Shown: positions 8,563 through 16,040, counted from the first letter of the stretch. The stretch: 18,061 bases of DNA from Candidatus Woesearchaeota archaeon (GCA_964343245.1 CAYFIU010000010.1:1-18061); one strand, 5' to 3'. Notes: generated by a model from the letters alone, not told the origin. Translations and numbers: made by a program.

Positions 8563-8784
8563 ATGGGAAAGGTTCATACAAGAACAAAAAGAAAATTTAG
8601 TAGAAGTACACATTTAGGTAGTATTAAAAATGGTTCTAGAACTCGAAAAGCAAGACAAAAAAGTTTTAGCTCTGAAGAGATCGCAAAAAAATGGGCAGAA
8701 GCTCAAGGCATTAAAAAATTCGAATTAAAAAATCGAAGACCTGAATATGCTTCAAAGAAAAAAATAATTATTATTCAAAAGTAA
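8563..8784 (+). CDS. Small highly basic protein, 73 aa, unknown function
   Basis: ATG ORF rich in Lys/Arg (MGKVHTRTKRKFSRSTH...). A TTATAAATA box at 8530-8538 ends 24 nt before the ATG. The stop abuts the stop of the convergent 475-aa gene. No family recognised. Confidence 0.5.
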   Translation: MGKVHTRTKRKFSRSTHLGSIKNGSRTRKARQKSFSSEEIAKKWAEAQGIKKFELKNRRPEYASKKKIIIIQK

Positions 8785-10212
8785 TTATTCAAACAGACTT
8801 TCTTTCTTTTTTGGAATTAATACATAAATCAGTAATAATACCACAATTAAGATCAAAAGCACAGTTGCTAAAAACTTCAAATAATTTAATGTAGATGCAT
8901 AAACCATTTCTATTTCATCACTAACAACACTATCATTAGCAGGTTCAGCGCTTTCATTAATCACTGGTTCATCATCAACAGGTTCTTCAACAATCTCATC
9001 AATTGTCAATGTAAAAGTTGAAACAACACTTGAATTAACATGCCCATCATCCCAAACATAAACACTATCAGTGTAAACTCCAGATTCTTCAGGCACCCAA
9101 TCTAAAGAATATGTCCCACTATAAATAACATATTCACCATCGCTGGCAAAGCCTGACTCTCCTTCAATTCTAAAGTAAATACCATCACCTTCTTTATCGT
9201 AAACATATATGTTGTGGTCAACCCTAAACAAGTTAGCCCAGAAATATGTAAACCAGTTTTCTTTAACTTCAACACTTAGAACAACACTTTCATCAACAAT
9301 GCCATTAATATCTTTTGTATCAACTTTTGGTGCTTTGTTAACATAGACTTCTTCTTCCTCAGTGTCGTCAGTGCTATCAACTATTGTAACCTCAATAACA
9401 GGTTCCTCTTCCTCTACTTCTTCTTCCTCAGTTTGATCCTCTTCTTCTTCAGTCTCTGGTTCATCATCAACAGCTTCAAACAAGTTATCCCAAAAACTGT
9501 CCTCTTCTTCCTCAGAAACATCTAAAATAAACTCTTCTTCATCTTCAACATTACCAACATAAGTAATAAAGGTAGCTGCACTAACATCGTCAACATGCTG
9601 ATCATCCCAGACATAAATAGTATCAGTGTAAACACCAACATCATCTTCATCAACAATCCAACCAAGAGCATAAACACCTTCATATTCATAGACTAAATCA
9701 GTAACAAACCCAGAATCTCCCTCGATACTAAAGTATAAATCATCACCATCTGCATCATAGATAAAAACATTTTCTTTGGTTCTGAAAACTGTTGCAAACC
9801 AATAACTAAGATAATTATTCTTAACTTCAATAGTTAAAATAGCAGTATCACCAACTTCAACTTCAGTGCTACTCTCTTTAACAATAGGAGCACTATTAAT
9901 CATAATTGGCTCAAGCACAATAGGCAAATCTTCCTCTACAGACTCTTCAACCTCTTCTTCTTCAGTTGTTTCATCAATAATCTCTACTTCAACTTCCTCT
10001 TCAACATCGTCAAATCCGCAACAACATCTCTCAAGAGCATCACAAGAAAGTATACCTATGTCTTCTTCACCTTCTGTACAAAATTGTTCCTCGCTCACAG
10101 CTTCACACAAGCCATAATCAAAACCTAAACTAAAACAAGTATCTTGGCATGAGTTTGCAACAACAAAAGGTAATAATAGTAAAATAACCCCCACTATTAG
10201 CCAGCTTTTCAT
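8785..10212 (-). CDS. Secreted, C-terminally anchored surface protein: Cys-rich N-domain, poly-Glu linkers, two cadherin-like modules
   Basis: Signal peptide MKSWLIVGVILLLLPFVVA. Eight-Cys segment SCQDTCFSLGFDYGLCEAVSEEQFCTEGEEDIGILSCDALERCCCG. Two ~115-aa modules with IYDADGDDLYFSIEGDSGF and VYDKEGDGIYFRIEGESGF. C-terminal TM segment FLATVLLILIVVLLLIYVLIPKKK. Confidence 0.85.
   Translation of the reverse strand: MKSWLIVGVILLLLPFVVANSCQDTCFSLGFDYGLCEAVSEEQFCTEGEEDIGILSCDALERCCCGFDDVEEEVEVEIIDETTEEEEVEESVEEDLPIVLEPIMINSAPIVKESSTEVEVGDTAILTIEVKNNYLSYWFATVFRTKENVFIYDADGDDLYFSIEGDSGFVTDLVYEYEGVYALGWIVDEDDVGVYTDTIYVWDDQHVDDVSAATFITYVGNVEDEEEFILDVSEEEEDSFWDNLFEAVDDEPETEEEEDQTEEEEVEEEEPVIEVTIVDSTDDTEEEEVYVNKAPKVDTKDINGIVDESVVLSVEVKENWFTYFWANLFRVDHNIYVYDKEGDGIYFRIEGESGFASDGEYVIYSGTYSLDWVPEESGVYTDSVYVWDDGHVNSSVVSTFTLTIDEIVEEPVDDEPVINESAEPANDSVVSDEIEMVYASTLNYLKFLATVLLILIVVLLLIYVLIPKKKESLFE
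8998..9900 (-). repeat. Two copies of a ~115-codon module separated by an acidic linker; a third copy is in the 687-aa gene (5462-5809)
   Basis: Protein-level alignment: NSAPIVKESSTEVEVGDTAILTIEVKNNYLSYWFATVF...GVYTDTIYVWDDQHV against NKAPKVDTKDINGIVDESVVLSVEVKENWFTYFWANLF...GVYTDSVYVWDDGHV against NEAPLALGARIEVDEGDTAEMRIEVLSSSADFLVKYLASLF...GVYTDWVEIDDGES. Confidence 0.7.
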
Positions 10213-10319
10213 AGCTTTGAAAATAAGAATTATCTTTATAATGATTATTGTATTTAGAAGGTTATTATTAATTACCCTGACTACAAATTTATATAAATAA
10301 AAGACTAATTCTTAATTTT

Positions 10320-11108
10320 ATGTTAAAACCAACAAGACGAGAAGTGAGTTTATCTTTTCTAATTTCCTTGTGCAGTTTAGCACTACCTATAAGAGCACGA
10401 GCTGATCATGATAATAATATATTAAGTGGTCCATTTGGTAGAGGAGAAGTGCCTTATGAAGTTGATTTTGAAGGTGGAATTTATTATGATGTTTGGTATG
10501 ATGAATACAAAGCACTAAGAAGGAGTCAGAATACCTATGGTGGTTGTGAATTATTCTTAACACCAAAGAACCACACCATGTTTAACCAATCTTCAATTAT
10601 AGTAAGAGATACTGAGCCTTCATTAACAAGATTGACCGATAGAATAGTTGCTGGCTTATCAACACAAGAGCAAAAAGCTCAAGAATTATTTGACTTTGTT
10701 ACAACAGCTATAAGATTTGAAAGCATTGACCATCCTAAAAAACCTCATGAGATTTTGATTGATAGAAAAGGTGATTGTACTGAAAAATCTACTCTTCTTG
10801 CTTCTCTATTAGAGCAGGTAGATATCCCTTATTGTTTGTTATATTTTAATCCAGAACTTTCAGAAATTGGCCATGCTAATGTAGGTATTCCTGGAAATTT
10901 CAGTGGTAGGAGTTGCACAATGTTCGAATATCAAGGGGTAACTTATACAATAGTAGAAATTGCTATACCTGGGTCTATTGGATCATCCACAATCCCAATG
11001 AACTTATTAGAACTTGCTACTACCCGTAATATAAGTTACATACAGCTACCAGGTGAACAAATTGTTGATTTCAAAACAGAACAACCATTGGATTGTTACA
11101 ATCCTTAG
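10320..11108 (+). CDS. Secreted transglutaminase-like cysteine protease/transglutaminase superfamily protein
   Basis: Hydrophobic signal-like N-terminus. Core pattern AQELFDFVTTAIRFE...RKGDCTEKSTLLASLLEQVDIPYCLLY...IGHANVGIPG matches the transglutaminase-core arrangement (G-x-C nucleophile, downstream His). ATATAAATA at 10291-10299 ends 20 nt before the ATG. Confidence 0.7.
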   Translation: MLKPTRREVSLSFLISLCSLALPIRARADHDNNILSGPFGRGEVPYEVDFEGGIYYDVWYDEYKALRRSQNTYGGCELFLTPKNHTMFNQSSIIVRDTEPSLTRLTDRIVAGLSTQEQKAQELFDFVTTAIRFESIDHPKKPHEILIDRKGDCTEKSTLLASLLEQVDIPYCLLYFNPELSEIGHANVGIPGNFSGRSCTMFEYQGVTYTIVEIAIPGSIGSSTIPMNLLELATTRNISYIQLPGEQIVDFKTEQPLDCYNP

Positions 11109-11144
11109 TAAACCTATATAAATAATAGCTTATTAAATATACAC

Positions 11145-11867
11145 ATGAAACCATTTTGGCCAGCAGTTAACAAAGTAATCAAAGAATCACACATTATAAT
11201 AGAAGTATTAGATGCAAGATTCCCAGAGTTCACTAGAAATGTAGAGATTGAAGATAAGATAAAGAACAAAATCTTAATCCTTGTTCTAAACAAATGTGAT
11301 TTAGTTAATAAGAAAGAGATAGAAGCTTATGCAAAAAAACACAATGCTATTTTTGTCTCTGCAAGAAAAAGGTTAGGCACAACAATGTTAAAGAAAAAGA
11401 TAATCTCATATTCAAAAGGTTTCAAAACTGTTGTTGGTGTTATGGGCTATCCAAACACAGGAAAGAGTTCTTTGATCAATGCACTAGCTGGTCGTAAAGC
11501 AGCAAAAACTTCTCCTGAATCTGGTTACACAAAAGGCAGACAACTAATAAAAATGGCACAGGGTGTTTATTTGTTAGACACACCTGGTGTTTTTCCTTAC
11601 AAAGAAAAAGATGAAGTTAAACATTCATTGACAGCAAGTAAAGATTTCACAAAAATAAAAGATCCAGACTTAGTTGCAATGGAACTTATTGAATTAAAAA
11701 AAGATTTGATTAAAAAGTTTTACAAACTAAAATCTTCAGACCCTGAAGAGATGTTAGAAGAGTTGGGACAAAAGTTTGGCAAATTAAAAAAAGGTGGTAT
11801 TGTCGACATGGACGCCACTTCAAAAGTTCTTTTGAAAGATTGGCAAAGAGGCAAGATTAAAGTTTAA
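11145..11867 (+). CDS. Circularly permuted GTPase of the YlqF/YawG (RbgA-like) family, probable ribosome-biogenesis GTPase
   Basis: G4 NKCDL (aa 49-53) precedes G1 GYPNTGKSS (aa 101-109) and G3 DTPG (aa 145-148); that is the permuted order. An AAACCTATATAAATA box at 11110-11124 ends 20 nt before the ATG. Confidence 0.85.
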   Translation: MKPFWPAVNKVIKESHIIIEVLDARFPEFTRNVEIEDKIKNKILILVLNKCDLVNKKEIEAYAKKHNAIFVSARKRLGTTMLKKKIISYSKGFKTVVGVMGYPNTGKSSLINALAGRKAAKTSPESGYTKGRQLIKMAQGVYLLDTPGVFPYKEKDEVKHSLTASKDFTKIKDPDLVAMELIELKKDLIKKFYKLKSSDPEEMLEELGQKFGKLKKGGIVDMDATSKVLLKDWQRGKIKV

Positions 11868-12750
11868 CATACCTAACTTTCTGAGGAGAAAGGGTTACTG
11901 GTCCACCATACTTAACTGTTTCTCCATCAAGAATAAAACTTCCACCATTAATAATAAGTTGACTAGCACTTCTGTTTATTGGTGCTGAAAGATTTTGACC
12001 CAATATGCCTTCTTTAATCATCTTAATCATTAATTTTCTATCAAAGCTTCCTGCTAAAACATGTAAATCCTTTTCATGTGGAAACTTAAAGGCATCTACT
12101 AAACCAACTGGCATAGCATAAACAAATACCCAATGCATATCTCTTGTTATAGTTTCATCAGGAAACTCTAAAGTCATTGGAAACTCTTCGAATATTTCTC
12201 TATAAGCAGTTTTAAAAACTTCTCTTCCTAAAAATCCAGCAATACCTCTTGCAACCAATGCTTTTGCTGCAAGTTCACCAGGAGTTTGATCATACCTTTC
12301 AAAGAAGTTAGTTACAATCCCATTTGAAAAACTAAGACCAAATCTTGTTTGGCCACCATAGTCCACTTTTACTAAATTTCTTTCTACAACATCTACATGA
12401 TCTAATGCAAGAGTTTCTTCTATAGTTTGCAAAGGATGATTTCTGCTATGGCCCACAGCAACTCCATGCATTCCAACAGTTCCTCCATTAACAAGCACTA
12501 CTGGAGGGATCTGGTCTAGACTATATTGATTTAAACCAGCTGTAAAAACATCAGAACCAGTTGTATCACCACCGATAATCATCATTATGTCTGGATCTCT
12601 TTCAACAACCTCTTGCATCACTGCTGGATAACTCTCTCTACTTGGAGCAACAATATGGGAACGATAAGGTAGAACACCTTCAATTTCAGCTAAAAAACCT
12701 CTACTATTTCTTCCAGCTTTAAGATTACTTATTGCAACAATATCTAGCAT
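11857..12750 (-). CDS. Diacylglycerol-kinase-catalytic-domain / NAD-kinase-fold lipid kinase-like protein
   Basis: The N-terminal Rossmann-like segment carries IMMIIGGDTTGSDV, a variant of the GGDGT motif of the DAGK_cat/NAD kinase fold. A minus-strand TTTAAATA box (plus 12773-12780) ends exactly 22 nt upstream of the ATG. The 3' end overlaps the GTPase gene by 11 nt. Confidence 0.6.
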   Translation of the reverse strand: MLDIVAISNLKAGRNSRGFLAEIEGVLPYRSHIVAPSRESYPAVMQEVVERDPDIMMIIGGDTTGSDVFTAGLNQYSLDQIPPVVLVNGGTVGMHGVAVGHSRNHPLQTIEETLALDHVDVVERNLVKVDYGGQTRFGLSFSNGIVTNFFERYDQTPGELAAKALVARGIAGFLGREVFKTAYREIFEEFPMTLEFPDETITRDMHWVFVYAMPVGLVDAFKFPHEKDLHVLAGSFDRKLMIKMIKEGILGQNLSAPINRSASQLIINGGSFILDGETVKYGGPVTLSPQKVRYVKL

Positions 12751-12775
12751 AAAAACACAGAAAAATAACTACTAT

Positions 12776-12931
12776 TTAAATTATATCATTAATCATCTTA
12801 TTAATTTCATCATCCCTTTTGCAAGTGTATGACTTTCCACAGTATGGACAGAGTTTTCCATTCCAATTCCTAGCTCTTCTAAACCTATACCTACAATCCT
12901 CACAAATAAAGCTAGACATTTCTTCTTCCAT
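12776..12931 (-). CDS. 51-aa zinc-ribbon protein (not in supplied ORF track)
   Basis: Manual translation of the minus strand gives MEEEMSSFICEDCRYRFRRARNWNGKLCPYCGKSYTCKRDDEINKMINDII then TAA. The CxxC-x14-CxxC spacing is typical of a zinc ribbon. A GTTAAAAAA box ends about 22-23 nt upstream of the ATG. Confidence 0.6.
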   Translation of the reverse strand: MEEEMSSFICEDCRYRFRRARNWNGKLCPYCGKSYTCKRDDEINKMINDII

Positions 12932-12985
12932 GTATTATATAATGCTTAACTTGTTTTTTAACTTTTCCAAACTAGAATTATATAA

Positions 12986-13234
12986 TTAGGCCCTCAATTC
13001 TTCCCCAGTTAAGCCCTCTGTCCTTGTTGTCAAATAATATAATGGGTGTAGAGTTTCATTTTGATAAACACCAATACCAATAACTTCAGAACCATTTCTG
13101 GCACAATAAGATTCTAAGGCTTGCGCGTCATCAATGATTTGACATGCAAAAGCTTCAATTTCAATTGGAGTTGGATCAAATTCTTCTAACCCTTCATTAT
13201 CAATCATCTCAGAAAGGTCATCTACTCTATACAT
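12986..13234 (-). CDS. Hypothetical acidic protein, 82 aa
   Basis: ATG ORF. A minus-strand TTTAATAAA box ends 22 nt upstream of the ATG. No family recognised. Confidence 0.55.
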   Translation of the reverse strand: MYRVDDLSEMIDNEGLEEFDPTPIEIEAFACQIIDDAQALESYCARNGSEVIGIGVYQNETLHPLYYLTTRTEGLTGEELRA

Positions 13235-13325
13235 AAACTATTATTTTGTTCAATTCTTTATTAAATTTATCTAAATTCTAAAACACAATAATACTTAAAT
13301 ATTAATATAATTAATTATATATAGT

Positions 13326-13679
13326 ATGGCAGACCTAGTAGCATGTCTTTCAACAGGCAAAGGAACTTGGACAGAAGTAAAGAAATTAATCCACAATCAA
13401 GATTGGGATAATATATACTTGATAACAAATGACTTTGGTAAAGACAAATTTACAGCAGACAAAGAGCTTAAGTTTATTCTAGTGGATGTTAACTCTGGTA
13501 TGGATTCTATGAAAAAGATTATCATGGAAGCTTTACGAGACAAAGTGAAAACAGAGGTTGCAGTAAATTTTATTTCAGGATCAGGCAAAGAACACATGGC
13601 AGTATTGTCAGCATTGTTCAAACTTGGTGTAGGAATAAGGTTCATAATTCCAACAGATTCTGATGTGAAAGAGTTATAG
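13326..13679 (+). CDS. Hypothetical small alpha/beta (Rossmann-like) protein, 117 aa
   Basis: ATG ORF with ACTTAAATA at 13293-13301 ending 24 nt upstream. The sequence alternates between strand-like and helix-like segments (LVACLSTGKG, NIYLITN, FILVD, AVNFISGSGKEHMAVLSAL, RFIIP). It is preferred over the antisense ORF 13397-13720. Confidence 0.6.
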   Translation: MADLVACLSTGKGTWTEVKKLIHNQDWDNIYLITNDFGKDKFTADKELKFILVDVNSGMDSMKKIIMEALRDKVKTEVAVNFISGSGKEHMAVLSALFKLGVGIRFIIPTDSDVKEL

Positions 13680-13709
13680 AGACTTTTTAGATGTATTATA
13701 GTGATAACC

Positions 13710-14543
13710 TTATCTATCACCTAGAACAATTTTTACTCTATAAGTTGCACCTTTTCCTGGTTCAAGCACTGAAAATTCACCTTCATCAAAGTATTTTGCA
13801 CCTGGCTCAATTGGATTAACTACAGGTTCCATACAAACAGGTCCAGTATTTTCAGGGACCCATAAAACCATATCTGTAAAACTATCTGCTGGTGTCCAAA
13901 CTTTGATCTTTCTTGCTTGATCACCAAGGTAAACAATTTCATTACAATTTTTTTCAACCCTCACTTCATTAGGTGATTCTAAAACGTCATCTAAACTACA
14001 AATCCATTGACCATGGCTATCAAGGAAAACCCCTTGATCAACCTCACCTTGTATTTGAAAACCAGGATGCCAACCAAAATTATAAGCCATTGGCCCAGTA
14101 CCATTATTTACAACTGAAAAAATAGCAGTTAAATTATGTTGCCTTAAATTAAAGATTTTTCTTAGATGAAAAGGCATGTAAGTCATTGTATCAGGATGTC
14201 CCTTCCTGCCTGTTTTTGGGTTAGGGATAGGATCACCACGATAAAATTGATCAAGTGTTACTCCTTCATGAAAATACTCTACAACTTTCCAGGGTAAAGC
14301 TCTTGATAACCCATGCTGATCAACATCATAAGTCTGACCACTAAAAACAACTTGATGATTATTTGAACGACCAAAAATTGGAAAACAAGTTATTTCAGAA
14401 GCCCTCCAGGCTGAATCTTCAGAATCAGATCTTCCACCATCATGCATAAATTCAACACCTTCTTCCTTTAAAGATACAAGCTGACCATTATCTGAATTAA
14501 CTAAAGCTTCTGTTCCTCCTGCCTTCATTTGTAAGAGTGTCAT
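13710..14543 (-). CDS. Aldose 1-epimerase (galactose mutarotase-like) family protein
   Basis: Family hallmarks appear in order: CFPIFGR, QHGLSRALPWKVV, FGWHPGF, VCMEPV. An ATATATAAA box ends about 21 nt upstream of the ATG on the minus strand. Confidence 0.85.
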   Translation of the reverse strand: MTLLQMKAGGTEALVNSDNGQLVSLKEEGVEFMHDGGRSDSEDSAWRASEITCFPIFGRSNNHQVVFSGQTYDVDQHGLSRALPWKVVEYFHEGVTLDQFYRGDPIPNPKTGRKGHPDTMTYMPFHLRKIFNLRQHNLTAIFSVVNNGTGPMAYNFGWHPGFQIQGEVDQGVFLDSHGQWICSLDDVLESPNEVRVEKNCNEIVYLGDQARKIKVWTPADSFTDMVLWVPENTGPVCMEPVVNPIEPGAKYFDEGEFSVLEPGKGATYRVKIVLGDR

Positions 14544-14625
14544 ACATTCAACTTTCTAATACTTCTTTATATATTTTCCTAATACCATCAAAAAGCATTT
14601 AAACCTTCTAAACCAAAACAAAAAC

Positions 14626-15639
14626 ATGTTCAAAGAAATGCTCCAACATGATGAAACATTGTTCAAGGATGAATTAGTATTAGACTATGACTATTTACCA
14701 AAGATTCTAAAGTTCAGAGAAGGCCAACAACAACACTTTGCAACTATCATTAAACCATTGCTACAAAAAAGAAATGGTTCAAATCTCTTTATTTATGGTT
14801 CACCAGGAATAGGCAAAACAGCAGCATGCAAACATGTACTAAGAGAAATGGAAACAGAAACAGATGCAGTTGTCCCGATATACATAAACTGTTGGAAACA
14901 TGACACTGTCTACAAGATTTTAGTTGAAATCTGCAACCAACTAAACTACAAATGGGTACAAAACAAAAAAACAGATGAACTCATGAAAGCAGTCTCAGAA
15001 ATATTAAACAAAAAAGCAGCAGTGTTTATTCTTGACGAAGTTGACAAGCTAAAAGAAGAACAAATTATATACCAGCTTTTAGAAGACATTTACAAAAAAT
15101 GCATTTTTATGATAACTAATGAAAAAGATTACTTAGCTAAGTTAGACCAAAGGGTAAAATCCAGATTACTTCCAGAAATGCTAGAGTTCAAACCTTACAC
15201 TTATGATGAAACAGAGGGCATTTTAGCTGAAAGAAAAGATGCAGGCTTTTTCCCAGGAGTTTTTTCTGAAACAGCATTCACAAAAATAGTTGAAACCTGT
15301 TTTGAAAAGCAAGATGTAAGAGTTGGAATCTTTTTACTAAAACAATCAGCAAACAATGCAGAAAATACTTCACAAAGAAAGGTTATGATTTCACATGTTG
15401 AGGAAGCAACACAGAAGTTAGATCCTTTTGACAAAGCAAAAGTCGACATGGATGAACAAGATAAAGAAATTCTAAACATTGTTAAACAAAATCCTGGCTT
15501 AACAATACCACAGGTTCATGAGCAATTCTCAAGAAAGTTTGATAAATCTATTAGAACAGTTCGAAGAAAGCTAGACAAGCTTAAAGAAACAAAACAAATT
15601 GAGTTTAAAGACGCACCTGGTGGCTGTGTTATTGTTTAG
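14626..15639 (+). CDS. cdc6: Orc1/Cdc6 replication initiator (AAA+ ATPase plus C-terminal winged helix)
   Basis: Walker A GSPGIGKTA, Walker B FILDEVD, sensor-like ITNE, and a C-terminal winged-helix-like segment (IRTVRRKLDKLKETKQIE). N-terminal LDYDYLPKILKFREGQ is typical of Orc1/Cdc6. At 337 aa it is short for the family. Confidence 0.9.
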   Translation: MFKEMLQHDETLFKDELVLDYDYLPKILKFREGQQQHFATIIKPLLQKRNGSNLFIYGSPGIGKTAACKHVLREMETETDAVVPIYINCWKHDTVYKILVEICNQLNYKWVQNKKTDELMKAVSEILNKKAAVFILDEVDKLKEEQIIYQLLEDIYKKCIFMITNEKDYLAKLDQRVKSRLLPEMLEFKPYTYDETEGILAERKDAGFFPGVFSETAFTKIVETCFEKQDVRVGIFLLKQSANNAENTSQRKVMISHVEEATQKLDPFDKAKVDMDEQDKEILNIVKQNPGLTIPQVHEQFSRKFDKSIRTVRRKLDKLKETKQIEFKDAPGGCVIV

Positions 15640-15805
15640 GGTTATTTCTTTATTCTGACGGCTGTCCTAGCAAATAAAAGCACCTTCTCCAATATATATA
15701 CCACAGTATCAAGTGAGTGACAGTGACATGGGTGCGCGCAGCGCTTATAAACACTTCCAACTATACTAATTGTAAGTCAAATTAAAACTTAATGGAGGTG
15801 GAAAT

Positions 15806-15952
15806 ATGTTGAGAACTAGCGGGAGCTATATCCAATGGACACAATACAAACAAAGAGTAAACCAACTAGAAATGTTACATTTCTTGCATACAACAACTCT
15901 CCAGTCTGCTAAAAACTACTGGAAGAAGAAAGGAGGTGATAACTATGTTTAA
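15806..15952 (+). CDS. Tiny ORF a, 48 aa, basic (MLRTSGSYIQWTQYKQRVNQLEMLHFLHTTTLQSAKNYWKKKGGDNYV)
   Basis: The ATG is preceded by GGAGGTG (15794-15800) with a 5-nt spacer. The stop overlaps the start of the next tiny ORF (ATGTTTAA). Below the length cutoff of the ORF track. Coding status unproven. Confidence 0.4.
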   Translation: MLRTSGSYIQWTQYKQRVNQLEMLHFLHTTTLQSAKNYWKKKGGDNYV

Positions 15953-16040
15953 GACAGAATTCATTGAACAAGTATTCAGCCAAACCTTGAGAGAACTACC
16001 AACAGAAAGAAAGGAGGTGAGACCATGGCAGAGATTTTAA
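15945..16040 (+). CDS. Tiny ORF b, 31 aa (MFKTEFIEQVFSQTLRELPTERKEVRPWQRF)
   Basis: The ATG is preceded by GGAGGTG (15932-15938) with a 6-nt spacer. It overlaps ORF a by 8 nt and ORF c by 16 nt. Coding status unproven. Confidence 0.35.
   Translation: MFKTEFIEQVFSQTLRELPTERKEVRPWQRF

Noticed and set aside
8563-8784. Basic 73-aa ORF as ribosomal protein S30e, because it begins MGKVH
   Set aside because: Similarity is limited to the first four or five residues. The remainder does not follow the S30e pattern, so it is left as a hypothetical basic protein.
6148-10117. Plus-strand ORFs 6148-6441, 8200-8520, 8426-8617 and 9866-10117
   Set aside because: All are antisense to, or run across promoters of, the strongly supported minus-strand genes. 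9866-10117 is a Ser-rich mirror of the poly-Glu linker. 8426-8617 overlaps the better-supported basic ORF 8563-8784 in another frame.
13397-13720. Minus-strand ORF 13397-13720 as an alternative to 13326-13679
   Set aside because: It has no promoter box at the expected spacing and a Ser/Leu/Ile-rich shadow-like translation, and it overlaps the 3' end of the epimerase gene. The plus-strand ORF has a promoter and a plausible alpha/beta pattern.
15640-15805. tRNA, C/D-box sRNA or other structured RNA in the orc1-downstream spacer
   Set aside because: I could find no cloverleaf-compatible arms or T-loop consensus and no C-box (RUGAUGA) paired with the single CTGA. Only the short GC palindrome stands out, which is insufficient for an RNA gene call.
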